Source: Lama glama (lineage: Eukaryota). From it: DNA of 64,000 nucleotides. Positions 49,401-62,551 of the stretch are shown piece after piece. The notes under the pieces were generated by a model. That model did not search any database. It saw only the letters and a list, made by a program, of their open reading frames with translations, and had not been told where the DNA came from. The stretch's first letter is position 1; every line of letters starts with the position of its first letter. The position numbers and the translations under genes were made by a program. The DNA is taken from positions 32,800,001 to 32,864,000 of the forward strand of contig CM052817.1 in assembly GCA_028534125.1 (NCBI GenBank), in the 5' to 3' direction.

Positions 49401-50699
49401 TCTATGTGCTAACATCACTCTTACTAAGAATTAAGAATGTGAGAAATGCAATTCTGGATAAGACCCACAGTCCAGGATCCATCCATCCATCCATCCATCT
49501 ACCTACCTACCCACCCACCTACTGGATGGCAAGCACTGAGTGGAGCTCTGCATTTACCATGGTGAACAGACAGAAGCTGTCTCCAGCTTTGGTGGTATGT
49601 TCTTCAAGTCAAGAGCTTCAGTGGCAGCCTCATGAACTCCATCACTCCTGCTCTTCTGACTGCGGGAGAGGTACTGGTTCCCTTGGAGGGCCAGGTGTGT
49701 GGTAACGTTCCGGGCTCATTCCTAGAGATCTAGTCTAGATCCCATTCCTCCAGCTCTTCATGAAATTTTATATGTACTTAATTCCTTGTATGAAATCACG
49801 CTCTCCTTAAAATGTCAAGAGTGATGTCTGCTTTCAGCACCTGAGCTGTGACTGACACAGCCCTTCCTAAAGGGCTAAAGGATGAAGGTTAAATAAGAGG
49901 TGCCTCTAATGCCAGCAGAAGAAACAGGAGTGGCTCCGAGAGCCAACTCATTTGCTTTGGAGCAGGAGAGAGGTATCTGGGAAGGACCCCAAGATCCAGA
50001 GGAGAGAGCCCAGATATGCAGCACTGGTCAGAGTTGGAACAGGAACCCCTGGCCAGACCAGGTCTATTGTCTTCCCAGTTTTCCCAGGGAGCCCAGGACA
50101 TCCCAACTAGATTCTGTGTGGAAACAGCATGGAGCTAGAGAGAAAATATGATTTTTTTCCTGGAGCTACTGGGCTGAGGACCAAATTAGGAGAAGGGTTG
50201 GACAGAAAGTTGCCCAGCTAAGGTCCATCTTCAAAGCTAGACATAGCTAGACTCTGTTTTGAGTCTGGACACTTGTCTTTTTCTATGTATACACATTTTT
50301 CTACCAACAAATCTTTCAATATATGATGAAGATATATGTAGTGCATTCAAGATGAATCCAAAAAATATTTATCAAGCACCTACTATGTGCAAGATACCGC
50401 TCTAGGCACTGAGGATATGGCAGTGGACAAGCCAGCTCAAAATCCTTGTCCTCACGGGGCTTACAGCTGTGACTGAAAACTTTAAATTCAAGAAATGTTG
50501 GAAAACCCAAACAGGTAAAAACTGTCCATAATACTATCAAAAACTCTTCCTCTGTATTTGTAAATACAGAGCAAGAAGCCAGAGTTCCTCCTTGTCCATC
50601 CAACCCTTCCTGTTCCTCACAAGGTAACCATTATAAATTTCTCCTAAAATTTTAAAGACTTATTAAATATACACACCCATATACTTTTATACTTATTAT

Positions 50700-50800
50700 T
50701 GTTATTACTTTTAAATGGAGGTACCGGGGGTTAAACCCAGAACCTCATGCATGCTAAGCATGCAATCTGCCATTGAGCTATACCCACCTATACCCACCTC
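50700..50800 (-). mobile_element. tRNA-Ala-derived SINE
   Basis: 'aaatggaggtaccgggggttaaacccagaacctcatgcatgctaagcatgc...gagctataccc'. Confidence 0.8.
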
Positions 50801-50917
50801 TCCTATTTTATTATTATTTTTTTAAACAAAAAACAGAATAACATTTTACAGAGTGATCTACAACATTTTTTCACCTAATAGGTCATGAACCTCTGTTTCA
50901 GTTTGAATTCTCCAAGC

Positions 50918-51260
50918 AGAGCCTGAGACAAGATTCAGATACTGTCCCTGCCAAACATATTTAAATCCCATCCATTTTCATGGTTGCACAGCATTTCACT
51001 GTCTGTATCATTATTTATTTAATCTCCCCAAGATAAACATAAACTCCTTGCCTTGCTCCCACTTTCTCTTGCTGACATTTAGGATTTTGAGAGCCTGAGA
51101 CAAGATTCAGATACTGTCCCTGCCAAACATATTTAAATCCCATCCATTTTCATGGTTGCACAGCATTTCACTGTCTGTATCATTATTTATTTAATCTCCC
51201 CAAGATAAACATAAACTCCTTGCCTTGCTCCCACTTTCTCTTGCTGACATTTAGGATTTT
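50918..51260. repeat. Perfect direct tandem duplication, 2 x 171 bp with a 1-nt spacer
   Basis: 50918-51088 and 51090-51260 are identical on base-by-base reading. Confidence 0.95.
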
Positions 51261-52221
51261 CAGTGAACGTGTTGACGTTACTGAGTCATCGTAAGAAGAA
51301 TATACGCAACAAGGGAAGGCTCGTTTTCCAAAGGTGATGGCTGCAGGACAGGGTTCTGAGGTCTGGAGAAGCGACAGTGTTGGTGGCAGGGAGATCAAAT
51401 TTAGGAAACTTATCATTGTCCTTATCATGCCCACGATTTATACCTAATTCTTGTTTATGTGAAGGTGGCCAAATCAATCTCCATGATGATCATAAAACTG
51501 AAAAGACCACATTACTGTAGTGGTTTATTTTCCCTTTGTCAACGATGTAGCCACTGGCTTCCTGACATCCTTTGGTCTAAATTTCATCATATATCACCAG
51601 TTCTATCATGTCTTCTAGAAGTAGTCCATTCTGCAGTATTTAAGACTGGTAATTTTTTAAATGACAAAACTACAAATGATTATCTGAGCGATTTTATCTG
51701 CATTTTTATACTAGCGATATTCTCAGATCATTGAACAAAGGATGGGAATTTATGTTACTAAGTTGAGTGCCAACTTCTAAGGCCTTCTGTATCTTGGTGA
51801 GTGACTTCAGATACCCATCAGCACCGTCAGTCAGTGCTTCTGGAGCCTCCGTGAGAACCATGGTACAGCGCGGGAGGAGGGGCTGTGTTGGCAGCAGAGA
51901 CCTGGCATCAAGCCCTGGCCACCTGTGTGCCTGTGGCAAGTCACTGTGGCCTTCCTGGGTCTCGGGATAATAATACCTCTCTGACTTGCTTGTGAGGATC
52001 AAAGGAAAAACTAAATGTAGGAGTGCTCTTCAAGTATCAGCTGCTATACAAATTACCAGAGGAAAAATCTGGATTTTTGCTAGGCTGTAGTGGGAAACTT
52101 TAGTTCTTGTCTACACACCCACTTTAAAGAATCAGCACCCTGAAGCTGAACCCCTCACTGTGTCAGAATCTACACTAATGGCTCATTCAACTCTCCAAAA
52201 AGCCTTAGCAAATAAAGTAAA

Positions 52222-52308
52222 TTTTTTTTTAATGGAGTTACTGAGGATTGAACCCAGGACCTCATGCATGCTAAGTATGTGCTCTGCCACTGAGCTATTA
52301 CCCTCCCC
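52222..52308 (-). mobile_element. tRNA-Ala-derived SINE
   Basis: Reverse tRNA-like body with degenerate TSD gcaaa(t/c)a(a/g)agt(a/g)aatttt. Confidence 0.8.
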
Positions 52309-53078
52309 ACTGCAAACAGAGTGAATTTTACTGATGATTTCATGGGGGAGATGGGAAAGATTTCTTTACTCACTCCACAGTAAAACCTAGTGATCTTTCC
52401 TGTCAGAAGATCGTTCCTGTCAGAAGCATCTCTTCTTCCTTGAAAGCTCATCTTTGCCTACCAGGAACCTGAGTCCTGTCCAACAGAGACTGCTAGCCTC
52501 AATGGCTCCAGCCTTGATCACTCTTTCAGGCTTTCTTTGGTCATTTCTGTGCCTCCTCCCACACAGTTTTTATAGAGAAATTATCCCTTCCATCTTGGAT
52601 TCTCATACCATCTTTCTACTACTTGGTCAAACATCCTTCTAAGGTTCCCCTACTCTTCTTAGAAAGTGGTGGGGACATTCTAAATAGCAAATGTTTTTGC
52701 TGTCATAGACTTCTTTTTTCCTTGTCATAACATTATTAGGTCATTCTGTGAGTCTTAGATCCAGAAACTTGGGCATCATCTCTGACCAACCCCTCATCTG
52801 GCACTTAGAGACTTGCCTAAGGTTACAGAACAGGCCTGTACAGTTCTACAGCAGCGCTGACCCCCCAGTCCAGTGCTCATCTCACTGCATCAAGCTTGTG
52901 GTACAAAGAAATTGGGGTGCTTTTAGATTTAGGGGAAGCCAGAGCTGAAGGGGACTTGGAGAGCATCTTGAACAAATCCTTCATTGTAGAGAGGTTAAAA
53001 TGGAAACTTTTCTTTTAGTCTCTGAATCCTAAAAACACAACACAGATTAGATGGTTACTTTAAAACATATGTACTTGC

Positions 53079-53224
53079 CTGGTGGGTCTGATTTCCAGGA
53101 ACATATACAGACTTAAACTGTTTCATGAGATTCCGAGCTCCAGCAATATCCCGAAGCGAAGTAAACAGTTCATCCATGGCACTTTTGGATTTGTGAAATG
53201 TCAGGTTAACTGAAGAGTCACAGC
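53079..53224 (-). CDS. SCFD2: SCFD2 internal coding exon (fourth from last), GC donor
   Basis: Minus strand: tgtttcag| 2 nt + CDSSVNLTFHKSKSAMDELFTSLRDIAGARNLMKQFKSVYVPGNQTHQ |gcaagt. 146 nt, in frame with the 40715 exon. Upstream exons lie outside the window. Confidence 0.92.
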
Positions 53225-54574
53225 CTGAAACAATCCAGAGATATTTTCTTGGGTGAACAAATCTTTAAATTGAGTTTTAATCATGACAGGTTGAGCTCCA
53301 TGTAACGTGGGTTTTTTTTTTTTTAACCCTTTTTCTACCTAGCTGTTCACCAGCTGGGCTGTTTCAGTCACCCATGAGCAATGAAACGTGTTGAATGTAA
53401 ATGCCTTTGACAGAAGTAGAACTCAGAATTGCCAGTGATTGCAGCCCCTGGCTTCAATTCCCTAGACTGCAGATGTTTCACGAAAAGAAAGCTCCCCAGG
53501 GTCTACAATCCTCAGAACACAGCTTTGGGAAAATACGAGGAGACACAAAGGAAAATACAAGAGAGGACTGTGATGAACCGCTCTCACTTGAATCCCACCA
53601 ACAGTTTCCATAAAACAGAACAGCAAGGATGAGAAAGATCACAGTGTTGCTCTAATGACAGAACTTGCTGGGATGGGCATCTGTCTAATGTGCTAACAAA
53701 GCATATGGCGTATTTCAAAAGGCAGCCATTCAAAGCTGGTAAAACACAAAGGGGACCTAATAAGGAGACTGTTCTCGGCAATGATTCTATTTCTTTTTGA
53801 AACTTAGAATAGATGGATTCATTCTCTCTCTTGTTAGAAGCTCATTCATAAGACAAATGACCGTGGATAACTCAGAAGATCAAAAAATAGAGGAAGATTC
53901 AAGATGAGTATTTTTGACTAGTTGGAATACCGCAGATACATTGACGCATCAATCCTCATTATCACCCCAATGCCATAGGAGCTATTATCTTCTCCCTTCA
54001 AGGATGAGGGAGCTGAGGGGCAGAGAGATTAAGTAACAGTCCTGTCAGCAGACACTGTCGATGCTTAGCCCATATGTGCTCAGTCACCTGGACCGAGTCA
54101 CCCGCAGGTTTGGGGAAAAGTTCTCATGACCTCCGTCTGCTCCCTACTTCAAGGACCTGCACGTCTGTCTCTGTGTTTCTCTGTCCCGGCCTCTGTGTCT
54201 CTCTCCTCCTGCCATGGGGCTTTCTCTGGTTGGAAGGAGGCTTGGCCTTCGTGCAGGGCAGGCTGGAAGTGCTGAGAAGTCAGCGCTCAGAAACAACGTA
54301 GCTTTCTCATCGCTTTGGGGGACAATTCTGAAGTATGGTCTCCATAGCCTTTTGGGGGGGCAGTAAGACTGAGCCCCACTGACCCGCAAGATAACTCACG
54401 AATGCCCCCTCTGTTGGCTTTCCTTCCTTCCTGCCTCATTCCCCTACTCCCTGCCCATGCTGCCTGGGAGGCCCTTTCAAATATAGTCCCTGCACCCAAA
54501 TCCTTGTCTCGGGACACCAGAGCCGCCAGGGTGACTTGAGCACAGGCAGCCTGGACCCAGACGCTGTATTCTTT

Positions 54575-55290
54575 TTTTTCAGAATAGCTTTATTGAGATG
54601 CGATTCATATGTTATCCAATTAACCTACTTCAAGTGTCCAACTCAGTAACTTTAATATATTCACACAGTTGTACAAGCATCACCACTATAATCAATTTTA
54701 GAACATTTTTATCACCTTGACAAGAAACTCCATTCCTGTTAACTGGCACTCCCCTTCTTTCCCTACTCCAGGCCCTGGCACCACTAGCCTGCTTTCAGTT
54801 TCTACGGATTTACCTACTCTAGACATTTCATAGAATTGTAATCATAGACTATATGATCTTTTGTGACTGGCTTCTCTCACTTAGCATAATGTTTTCGGGG
54901 ATCATCCTGAAGGTTGTAGCATGCATCAGGACTTTGTTTCTTTTCATTGCTGACTAATAGTCGTTTTATACAGCCATTCATCGGTGGATGGACATTCGGG
55001 TGTTTCCACATTTTGGTTATTATGAATAATGCTTCTAGTTTTACACGTACAAATTTTTATGTAGACATACATCTTCATTTCTCTTGGGTATATATTTAGG
55101 AATAGGATTGCTGGGTCACATGGCAACTCTGTCTTTAACCTTCTGAGGAATTGCCAGCCTATTTTCCTAAGCGACTGCACCATTTTACATTCCTGCCAGC
55201 GGTGTAAGACGGTTGGGATATCTCTGCATCCTCAGCAACGCTTGTTACCATGTTTTCTTGATTGTAGCTTTTCTGGCAGGTGTGAAGTAA
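54575..55290 (-). mobile_element. L1 (L1MA/MB-type) 3' fragment
   Basis: Reverse L1 3' UTR and ORF2 end. The ORF track shows 'VQSLRKIGWQFLRRLKTELPCDPAILFLNIYP', which is ORF2-like. Confidence 0.85.
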
Positions 55291-55529
55291 GGAGATACTT
55301 GTTAATTTTGATAGAGAAGTTCTTTTCAGGGAGTAGAGGTAGACCCAAACAAGCTCAAACTAAAATGGAGTGGATCTAAAGCGCATCGGGGAAAAAAAAT
55401 AAATGAGGTGCATTGGGCCATCCCAATGCAGCAGACACAGCAAGGTGGCGTGTGTGTAGTTGACCCAGACTCTTCAAAACTGCGGACTGCTGTATGTAAT
55501 AACTCCTTAAGGGAGGGCAGAATTCCGAA

Positions 55530-56297
55530 CTGTTTTTAATCACAATACTTCTGACACCAAATGTGTGGGGATTTCCCCCCTACCAACCGATTCTCTAACT
55601 CTCCAGACCTTAACTGAGTGTGCTACCATTCAACTCAATTCTGCCCCTGACTATGGAGATTTAGTGCAGACCCCACAAGATTGCCCCCACGTCAGATGCC
55701 AGATGCAAGTCCCAGGTGGTCATCTGCACTCCGGACCTATCACTGAAGGCTCCCATGACGCCTGCCTCAGGTTCAGCAGTTTGATAGAACGGCTCACAGA
55801 CCTCAGGGAAGCTCTTTACTTACTCTACCAGTTTATCCCAAGGGATGCAACTTAGCCAAGTGGAAGAGATGCAGAGGCAAGGAATGGGGAAAGAAGCACG
55901 GGACTTTGATGCCCACTCTAGGTACTCCAGTACCTTGATGTGTTCGTCGACCCAGAGGCTCTTCGAACCCTATTGTTTAGGGATTTTTATGGAGCCCTCA
56001 TTACATAGGCATGATTGATTACATTATTGGCCACTGGTGATTAATTCATCTTACAGCCCCTCTCTTCCCTCTGAGGTTGGGAGGTAGGGCTGAAAGTTCC
56101 AGTCCTCTAAACATGCCTTGGTTTTTCTGGCAACTAGCCCCATCTCGAAGTTATCATCCCCCCCACCCTCCTCCCTCCACCAATCATCGTATTAACATAC
56201 AAGACACTCTCATCACTCTGGAGATTCCAAGAGTTTTAAGAGCTGTGTGCTAGGAACTGAGGACAAAGACAATATGTATCTTTCTTATTGTACCATA
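55530..56297 (-). mobile_element. MER21-like LTR
   Basis: 'acttctgacaccaaatgtgtgggg', 'gatagaacggctcacagacctcagggaagc' and 'ggattttatggagccctcattacataggcatgattgatt' match recalled MER21 consensus. Confidence 0.75.
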
Positions 56298-57487
56298 AAA
56301 ATTCTCTGACCAGTCTTTATGTCCTGATTTCCAGAAATGTCCTGCTAATTGCCATTAAAAAAAATCAAACATATGGCCAAGCCAGTGAGAGGAAGCTTCC
56401 CTGTGTTCAGTGAGCTGTGGTGGGGATGGAGGAAGTGGATGGAGGGAATCTGGGATGTTCACGTGCACTCCCCTGAATTCTGTGCTGAGCTTTGTGGAAA
56501 GGAGAAAATGTGTCATTTTCTGAGCATGACCATAACATCCTCCTAACTCTTACAGAGCTTGAGCTGCACAGATACAGAGCATCTATTGACGTCACACCAT
56601 GCTTACCCTTGGCATTGCAGCTCAGCCAAGATACATCAGCGTGTTAGTCAATAATCAAGCAGAAGAAATCCTGGAAGGTTACGGCTTCTCCCTCATTCAC
56701 GTGACTCCTTTCCTTAAACCCTTAGGCTGAGCCATTTAAAATATGGGAAATTACATCAATTGTATCTAACTGTTGTATACCATGTACTACTGTTTTAAAT
56801 TGGAAGAGACATGAAAACAAGAAGAAAACATTACCAGTTCTAATACCATGCATAGTGTTTCAGTTTTTCTAAAATACAATTCAGCTAATAGGCTAAAATG
56901 ATGAATTGAAAGTAGCTCGTTTTCTATAGGACAAAAAGGTTCATCCAATTTTTCACAAGGCCCCTTTCAGTTTTTTGAAAGGTGAGGATTATAGTGTTTA
57001 TCCATTAGGTTAAGCTGAATAGAATCATCTTCTGGATTATACATTATTTAAAACTATAGATTATATAGGGAAATTACTGATTATTCATTGGAATTAGTTT
57101 AAGCAAAAGCTGTATAATTCCAAAGGGTTAGGTCAACTGTAGTTGTTTGACAGAAATGATTACAGATTATAGGTAAATTGAACTCAAGTGAACCCAGCAG
57201 AAATTTTGGAACAAAAAAAGTCCTACACTTACAAATAAAGTAAAACTTTCCCCTCAAAAAGTCCATTATCTTAATTGTTCAACTGCACAAAGGCAACTTC
57301 TGTCCAAACCATCAACCCTTTCCGACGTGTCTGTTATTCTCTAAGCAAGTGCTCTACAGTGTACATGTTTCTGGGACACCAGGTCCCAGGGCTCTCATTT
57401 TTATCGTCTCTGAGCATTTTTCATAATTACATCAACCTTCACCAAAAGCAGGATTTACATTCATTTACCCAAATCCTATAATGGAAG

Positions 57488-57488
<1 letters not shown>

Positions 57489-57534
<46 letters not shown>
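57489..57534. repeat. (CA)n microsatellite
   Basis: Uninterrupted CA run read directly. Confidence 0.95.
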
Positions 57535-57538
<4 letters not shown>

Positions 57539-57789
57539 CGTGGATCAGGGAAGATAAAGGACATGCAAGGTGACATCACCATCTCCAGCAAAGTCAGGGT
57601 TCAAAATCCCTCTGATCACAGCCCTGACTTCCTCCGTGAACACAGCCTCCCACCATTCAGAGTATCTCCTCTGTGAATGAGACTCATTCCAAATTCATGC
57701 TGCAATTAATAGCTAAAGGAGATGTGGGTGCAAAAGCTAGGAAATGGGATGAATTCTGTCCTGTGTAAGGGCTATAATCACTGAAAGCT

Positions 57790-58020
57790 CACTTATATAA
57801 TCACTTATGCAAGGCACTACTCTAAGAAGTTTAAACATACTAGTTCATTTAATCGCCACAGAAACCCAGTGAGGTAGGTACTATTATCGCCCCCATTTTG
57901 CAGGTAGGGAAACTGAGCCATAGAGAAGTTAAGTAACACATAGGCACTCAAGGAGTAAGCAGTAAAGCTAGGATTCAAATCCTTGAAGTCTAACCCCGAA
58001 TGGTCCTGTTAACCACTCGG
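57790..58020 (-). mobile_element. MIR SINE
   Basis: 'gtgaggtaggtactattatcgcccccattttgcaggtagggaaactgagcc'. Confidence 0.75.
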
Positions 58021-59043
58021 CTCTGATGTCTTTCATATGTGCTGAGACCACACGCATAAAAGATCAGTAAAGCATTTAGTTCACCCTTAATAGCGAAGAA
58101 ATGCTTTCAAAACGGAGTGAGTGGCAAATGCCCTTCTTCTTGGGAAGACCTGGGCCTGTCCCTGGGGGAGATGCCAATAGTGGGGTTTGCAGTCCACTGC
58201 AGGCCAGCTGTGGTAGCCACACAAGGTGTGGGAGCTGCGGGCCTGCTGCACACCCTGCCCGGAGCTCTGCCCCGTCAGGTGCTGTATTCAGTTACTTCTA
58301 ATAAGCCCCTGACAGCCCGTTCCATTAAGCCAGCTTATGAGATAAGGATGTTTTGTAAGGGAACGCGAAGTGTGCAGTTCCAGTCAATTCTCATTTAATC
58401 CACTTAGTTAAATAGTTAATAAAGCAGAAGCTGATCCCAGCCTTGGGCCAAGCACAGTCTGTGTACTTCAGTTGCCTACTTCTTGATAAGGGAGGCCGCC
58501 GGTCCCCCAGGGCACTCCTGTGTTCACCTAAAATGGAGGATGACCCATGGCCCTGCAATTTCTTTCTTTGGAGGGCTTGGGGATCTCTTGGGCAGGGGTC
58601 CAGTTACTCGTCAGAGCAACAAAACAGGGATCCGGTGTCCGTGTCTGCCCTCCCCTGCCCCTCTCTCAGCCGTCTCCACTTACTGAAGTCCCTTTACTTG
58701 AGCAGAGGGAGACAAGTGGTTTCTGTGGCTCTGTGCACTGCAGGGACCCCCATTTGCAGCTGCGGGGACCCACATTTCCTGCGTAGCTCAGTGACCGTCC
58801 TGGGAGGGCTGAACTGAAGCTGGCCTCCTACTCTGCCTAGTGCTCCTCTTCTATTTGGTTCTCTCCCGGAGCAGGCTCGAACCTTTCTGGGGCTTGGGAA
58901 ACCTTTTCAAAAGAACCTGGCTTCCAGTTTGGTTTTATTTCTTAGGTAGTCAGGAAAATAAAGCTTCTCATATCGAGAGTCTGCTGTATCCAAAGTTTTA
59001 GTCTGGATTCGAGCTGATGTAGGCCCTCATCTAGGGCCTTCCA

Positions 59044-59066
59044 ACACACACACACACACACACACA
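59044..59066. repeat. (CA)n microsatellite
   Basis: Read directly from sequence. Confidence 0.9.
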
Positions 59067-59691
59067 CGTCACACATAAAGCATGTCACCTGTGGGGCTGG
59101 ATAAGCTAGGGGGCATGGCTGGAATAGGATTTGAAATGTCTCCCTATTTAGTGATGTTACTCTCCTCATGGTTGTAAAGTCCCCTCACTTCTGGTTGGGA
59201 AGAGCTAGGGTCCAAGAATTTTGAGTCTGGTCAAGAGGCCCTATTCTTATCTGGACCCAAGTTATCCAACGGTGGCCTCCTCATCCTTCTTCTGGCCCAG
59301 AGCTTGAGAACATCAGGCCCATTTTCCAGTTTGCATCGCTGCCCTCCTGCCTGTCAGCAAACCCCAAGCAGCGGGGGGCCCACCTCCACGGGCTCCTGGG
59401 GCAGACAGAGAAAAGCTTGGCTTGGGGCTGTGACATGGCCAGAAAGGGCAGCGTGCTGGGAGGTCATGACCTCCCTCATCCATCCGGCAGTCTGACACTG
59501 CCTTTTCTCTTTCCAAACCATTGTTTTAAAGATGGAGTCCTTTTTCATGGCTCTCAATAAAAGGCTAGCAAATGAAAATAAAACCAAATGAAATAAAAGC
59601 CCAAGTAAACCTTAGCAAGTGGTATCATATCTGAAATCTTCTAGGGAGGTTGGCTGTATAAAACCATTTGTTTTTTTTAAAGTAAAATCTA

Positions 59692-59976
59692 ACTTTTTTT
59701 CCTTTTTTTTAATTTGAGGTATAGTCAGTTTACAATGTTGTATTAACTTCTGGTGTGCAGCATAGTGTTTCAGTTATATATATGTATATTCCCTTTCATA
59801 GTCATATAGGCCATCACGAGGTATTAAATCTAGTTCCCTGCACTACACAGTAGGACCTTGCTGTTTATCTATTTTATATATAGTAGTGTGTATCTGCAAA
59901 TCCTGAACTCCCAATTTATCCCTCTAGCCCCTCTTCCCTCGGGTAACCGTAAGTTTGTGTTCTACGTCTGTGAGTT
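59692..59976 (-). mobile_element. L1 3'-end fragment
   Basis: Same 3' UTR family as 11676-12140 ('tagtcagtttacaatgttg...tatctgcaaatcctgaactcccaatttatcc'). Confidence 0.85.
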
Positions 59977-60274
59977 TATAAAACTACTCTTGAGTAGGTC
60001 AGTCTGGTAATATATATAATGGAGGCCCTCTTTCTCAAAGGTGCTTGGGACCAATAGGTGATTAGAAGTCCTTTAAAGACGGAGATCATGAAAAATTGAT
60101 CTCTCTCCCACACATATATATCACATATACATATATTTTTGTGTATGTAAGTATATGTATAATTTTGTTTAAAATTAAAACATAAATGTCTGCTTATCCA
60201 CTAATCTTTTGAGAAAAGGCCAAGGTCTTTTCTTTGAGTATTATCTGCTGACTAGAGTTCTGTCTTTAAAAAAA

Positions 60275-60530
60275 AAAAAACAAAGCTATTACGTACCATT
60301 TATAATTTCCAATTTTAGTCCATGTAAAGTGGAATAAGAAATTAAAGACACCCATAGCACAATCTGAGAGCAGAATCCTGCTAGATTTTAATGTTGTTTT
60401 TCCCTTTAATCTTTCATAATCACCTTGTTCGGATCTAAAGCATTTTAAAAATGACTCATCTTTACTGAATCTTTCAAAGGCATTCAATTTGGTTTTCATG
60501 GAACCAAGTTTTTTGGAATTCACATTTTTT
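60275..60530 (-). mobile_element. Tigger/pogo-type DNA transposon fossil (transposase N-terminus)
   Basis: Minus-strand translation SMKTKLNAFERFSKDES, then after a frameshift IMKD*REKQH*NLAGFCSQIVLWVSLISYSTLHGLKLEII. Resembles the psq/CENP-B-type HTH region of Tigger transposases. Confidence 0.55.
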
Positions 60531-61761
60531 TCAGAGAACATTTAATTAAAGTTTGCAACTTAATGACAGGTATGACTGGCATAAGCAGGTTTGGGAGCAA
60601 ACATCCTGGTCTGGGGAATCATGTGACTCGCCCAGAAAGAGGAGGTGTGCCTGGGCACGTGGAGATGGACTTAGAGCGCTGAGAGGGGTCAGGACTTTGG
60701 CAGGAGTCAGCCTATTTTATAGATGGACTGCAGAATGTCAGTTATTTTGGTGAGCAGGTCATGTGGAGGCTGGCTGAGAACACATGAATTATATGTAATG
60801 TATTATTTATATTCATTATATTTATATTATATATCATATTGTATATAAATGAAAGCAATATATATATACATATTTCTGAGGCTCCACAGTTATACCACAC
60901 AGGCAGTTGTATCTGTGTCATCAATCAAGTACCTAAGGACCTAGTGTGAATTTTAACTCCTTCCATCATCACCCCTCCAACCCCCCATAGTCTGCACTGT
61001 CAGCCTTCAGGTGGTCCAGGGCTGATCTCCTCTTCCCTTGTGGAGCCCCTGATGTGCACCACAAGGCAGGGGCTCCTCTGCAGGTGTGGAGGTAATGAAG
61101 TAAATGTGCTTGGATGAGAGTGTTAGTGAGGCTGGCCTAACAAAGAAAATCAGGGCCAGAAACATCCAGGTGAGGCGCAAAGGCTGGAGACAGGGCTCAT
61201 GGGGACTGGACCACTTCCAGAAGTCCCTCCCTAGGTCTCCCCTCGGGCTCTCAGCCCACGCTGATCCCACGGCCCCTTGGTTCACTGGATCCTACTCAAT
61301 GTCCTGGAATCTTCTGGCCTGTGACCTCTGGTTATGGCTCAAATGATGGAGGAAGACAGGAGGGGAGGGGTGGTGACAAGCTGCAGGGGCGCTTTGGTTC
61401 TCTGCTGGTCTCACACGTTGCCAGGCTCACAGAAATACCCGTGAAATGTTTCTTGAATACATGAATGAAAACAGAGAGGTGACAGGAAAAGAGCTGAATC
61501 AGACCAAACGCGCTGTAAAGCAACAACCCTGATCCTTGAGGAGCTGAGAAACTGTCTCTGCAGGAAATTTCAAGCAAAGGGCTCCCAGATAGGTCTGTGT
61601 AACTGCACTCTCCATGCAGAAGTGGATTAACTCCCAAAAAGGCAGCTTAAGAAGAGCAACCTCGACTGGATGCATACATTGCTCAACAAGCAAAACTAAA
61701 CTCTATGTGTTTAGGTATACATGCATATGAGAGAAAACTCTTTTAGAAAGAAAGAGAATGA

Positions 61762-61830
61762 TGGGGGGAGTGTAGCTTAGCAAGCACGAGGTCCTGGGTT
61801 CAGTCCCAGCACCTCCGTTAAAAAAAGAAA
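61762..61830 (+). mobile_element. tRNA-Ala-derived SINE, internally deleted
   Basis: GGGGGGAGTGTAGCTTAGCAAGCACGAGGTCCTGGGTTCAGTCCCAGCACCTCC. TSD agaaagaaagaga(a/g)tgat. Confidence 0.75.
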
Positions 61831-62551
61831 GAAAGAGAGTGATAAATACAAGCTTTAGAAAATGGTTGTGGGGGTGGGGTGAGTGGGTAGGCAACCCCCT
61901 GGGCTAGGGTGGTGGGTTCATGCATGTTTATTACATAATTATGCTTTATAACATATATAGCATATAATCTTTTAAATGTATCAGCTATCATCTTAAAAAA
62001 GCAAAGCAAAAAAACCAGTCACACTACTTTTTTAAGCCTCCAGCAAATTCGGCCTTTTATAACAGCTGAAAAAAGGGAAGAAATGACAGCTGAAATCTAT
62101 TATTATTAGGCAGGTTGGGGATGTGTGGTGGGTGTGGAAAGGCTTGTACAGTCAGGAGGAAATGTGACTGCCCAGAATTCTAGCCCAAGTTCCGAGGCTT
62201 TTTGTGAGAAAACGTGTATGTGGTGGGGAGGCCTGAAGGAAGGAACGCTTGGGAATATGCTTTGGAACTTGCATTTTTAATGGCAGGGAACGAGGTCAAG
62301 TTGCCAGTGAGGCCCAGAAAGCAGGATGTTGGCAGTGCGGCAAGCAGCCTCTCAATCCTGAACGTCTGTGCTGCTTCAGGAAGTGCCGGCCAAGGAGGCA
62401 GCCAGACAGATGATCCTGGGTCACCACCGAAATGAGCAAACAGCCCCAACTGTTTCAAAACATTTCCTCTAATATGCTTCTGAAAAAAACCTTTCCAATG
62501 TAGCTTTTCTGACTACCTTAACAATACCAACAAAGTTTCTTTAAGATTTAA

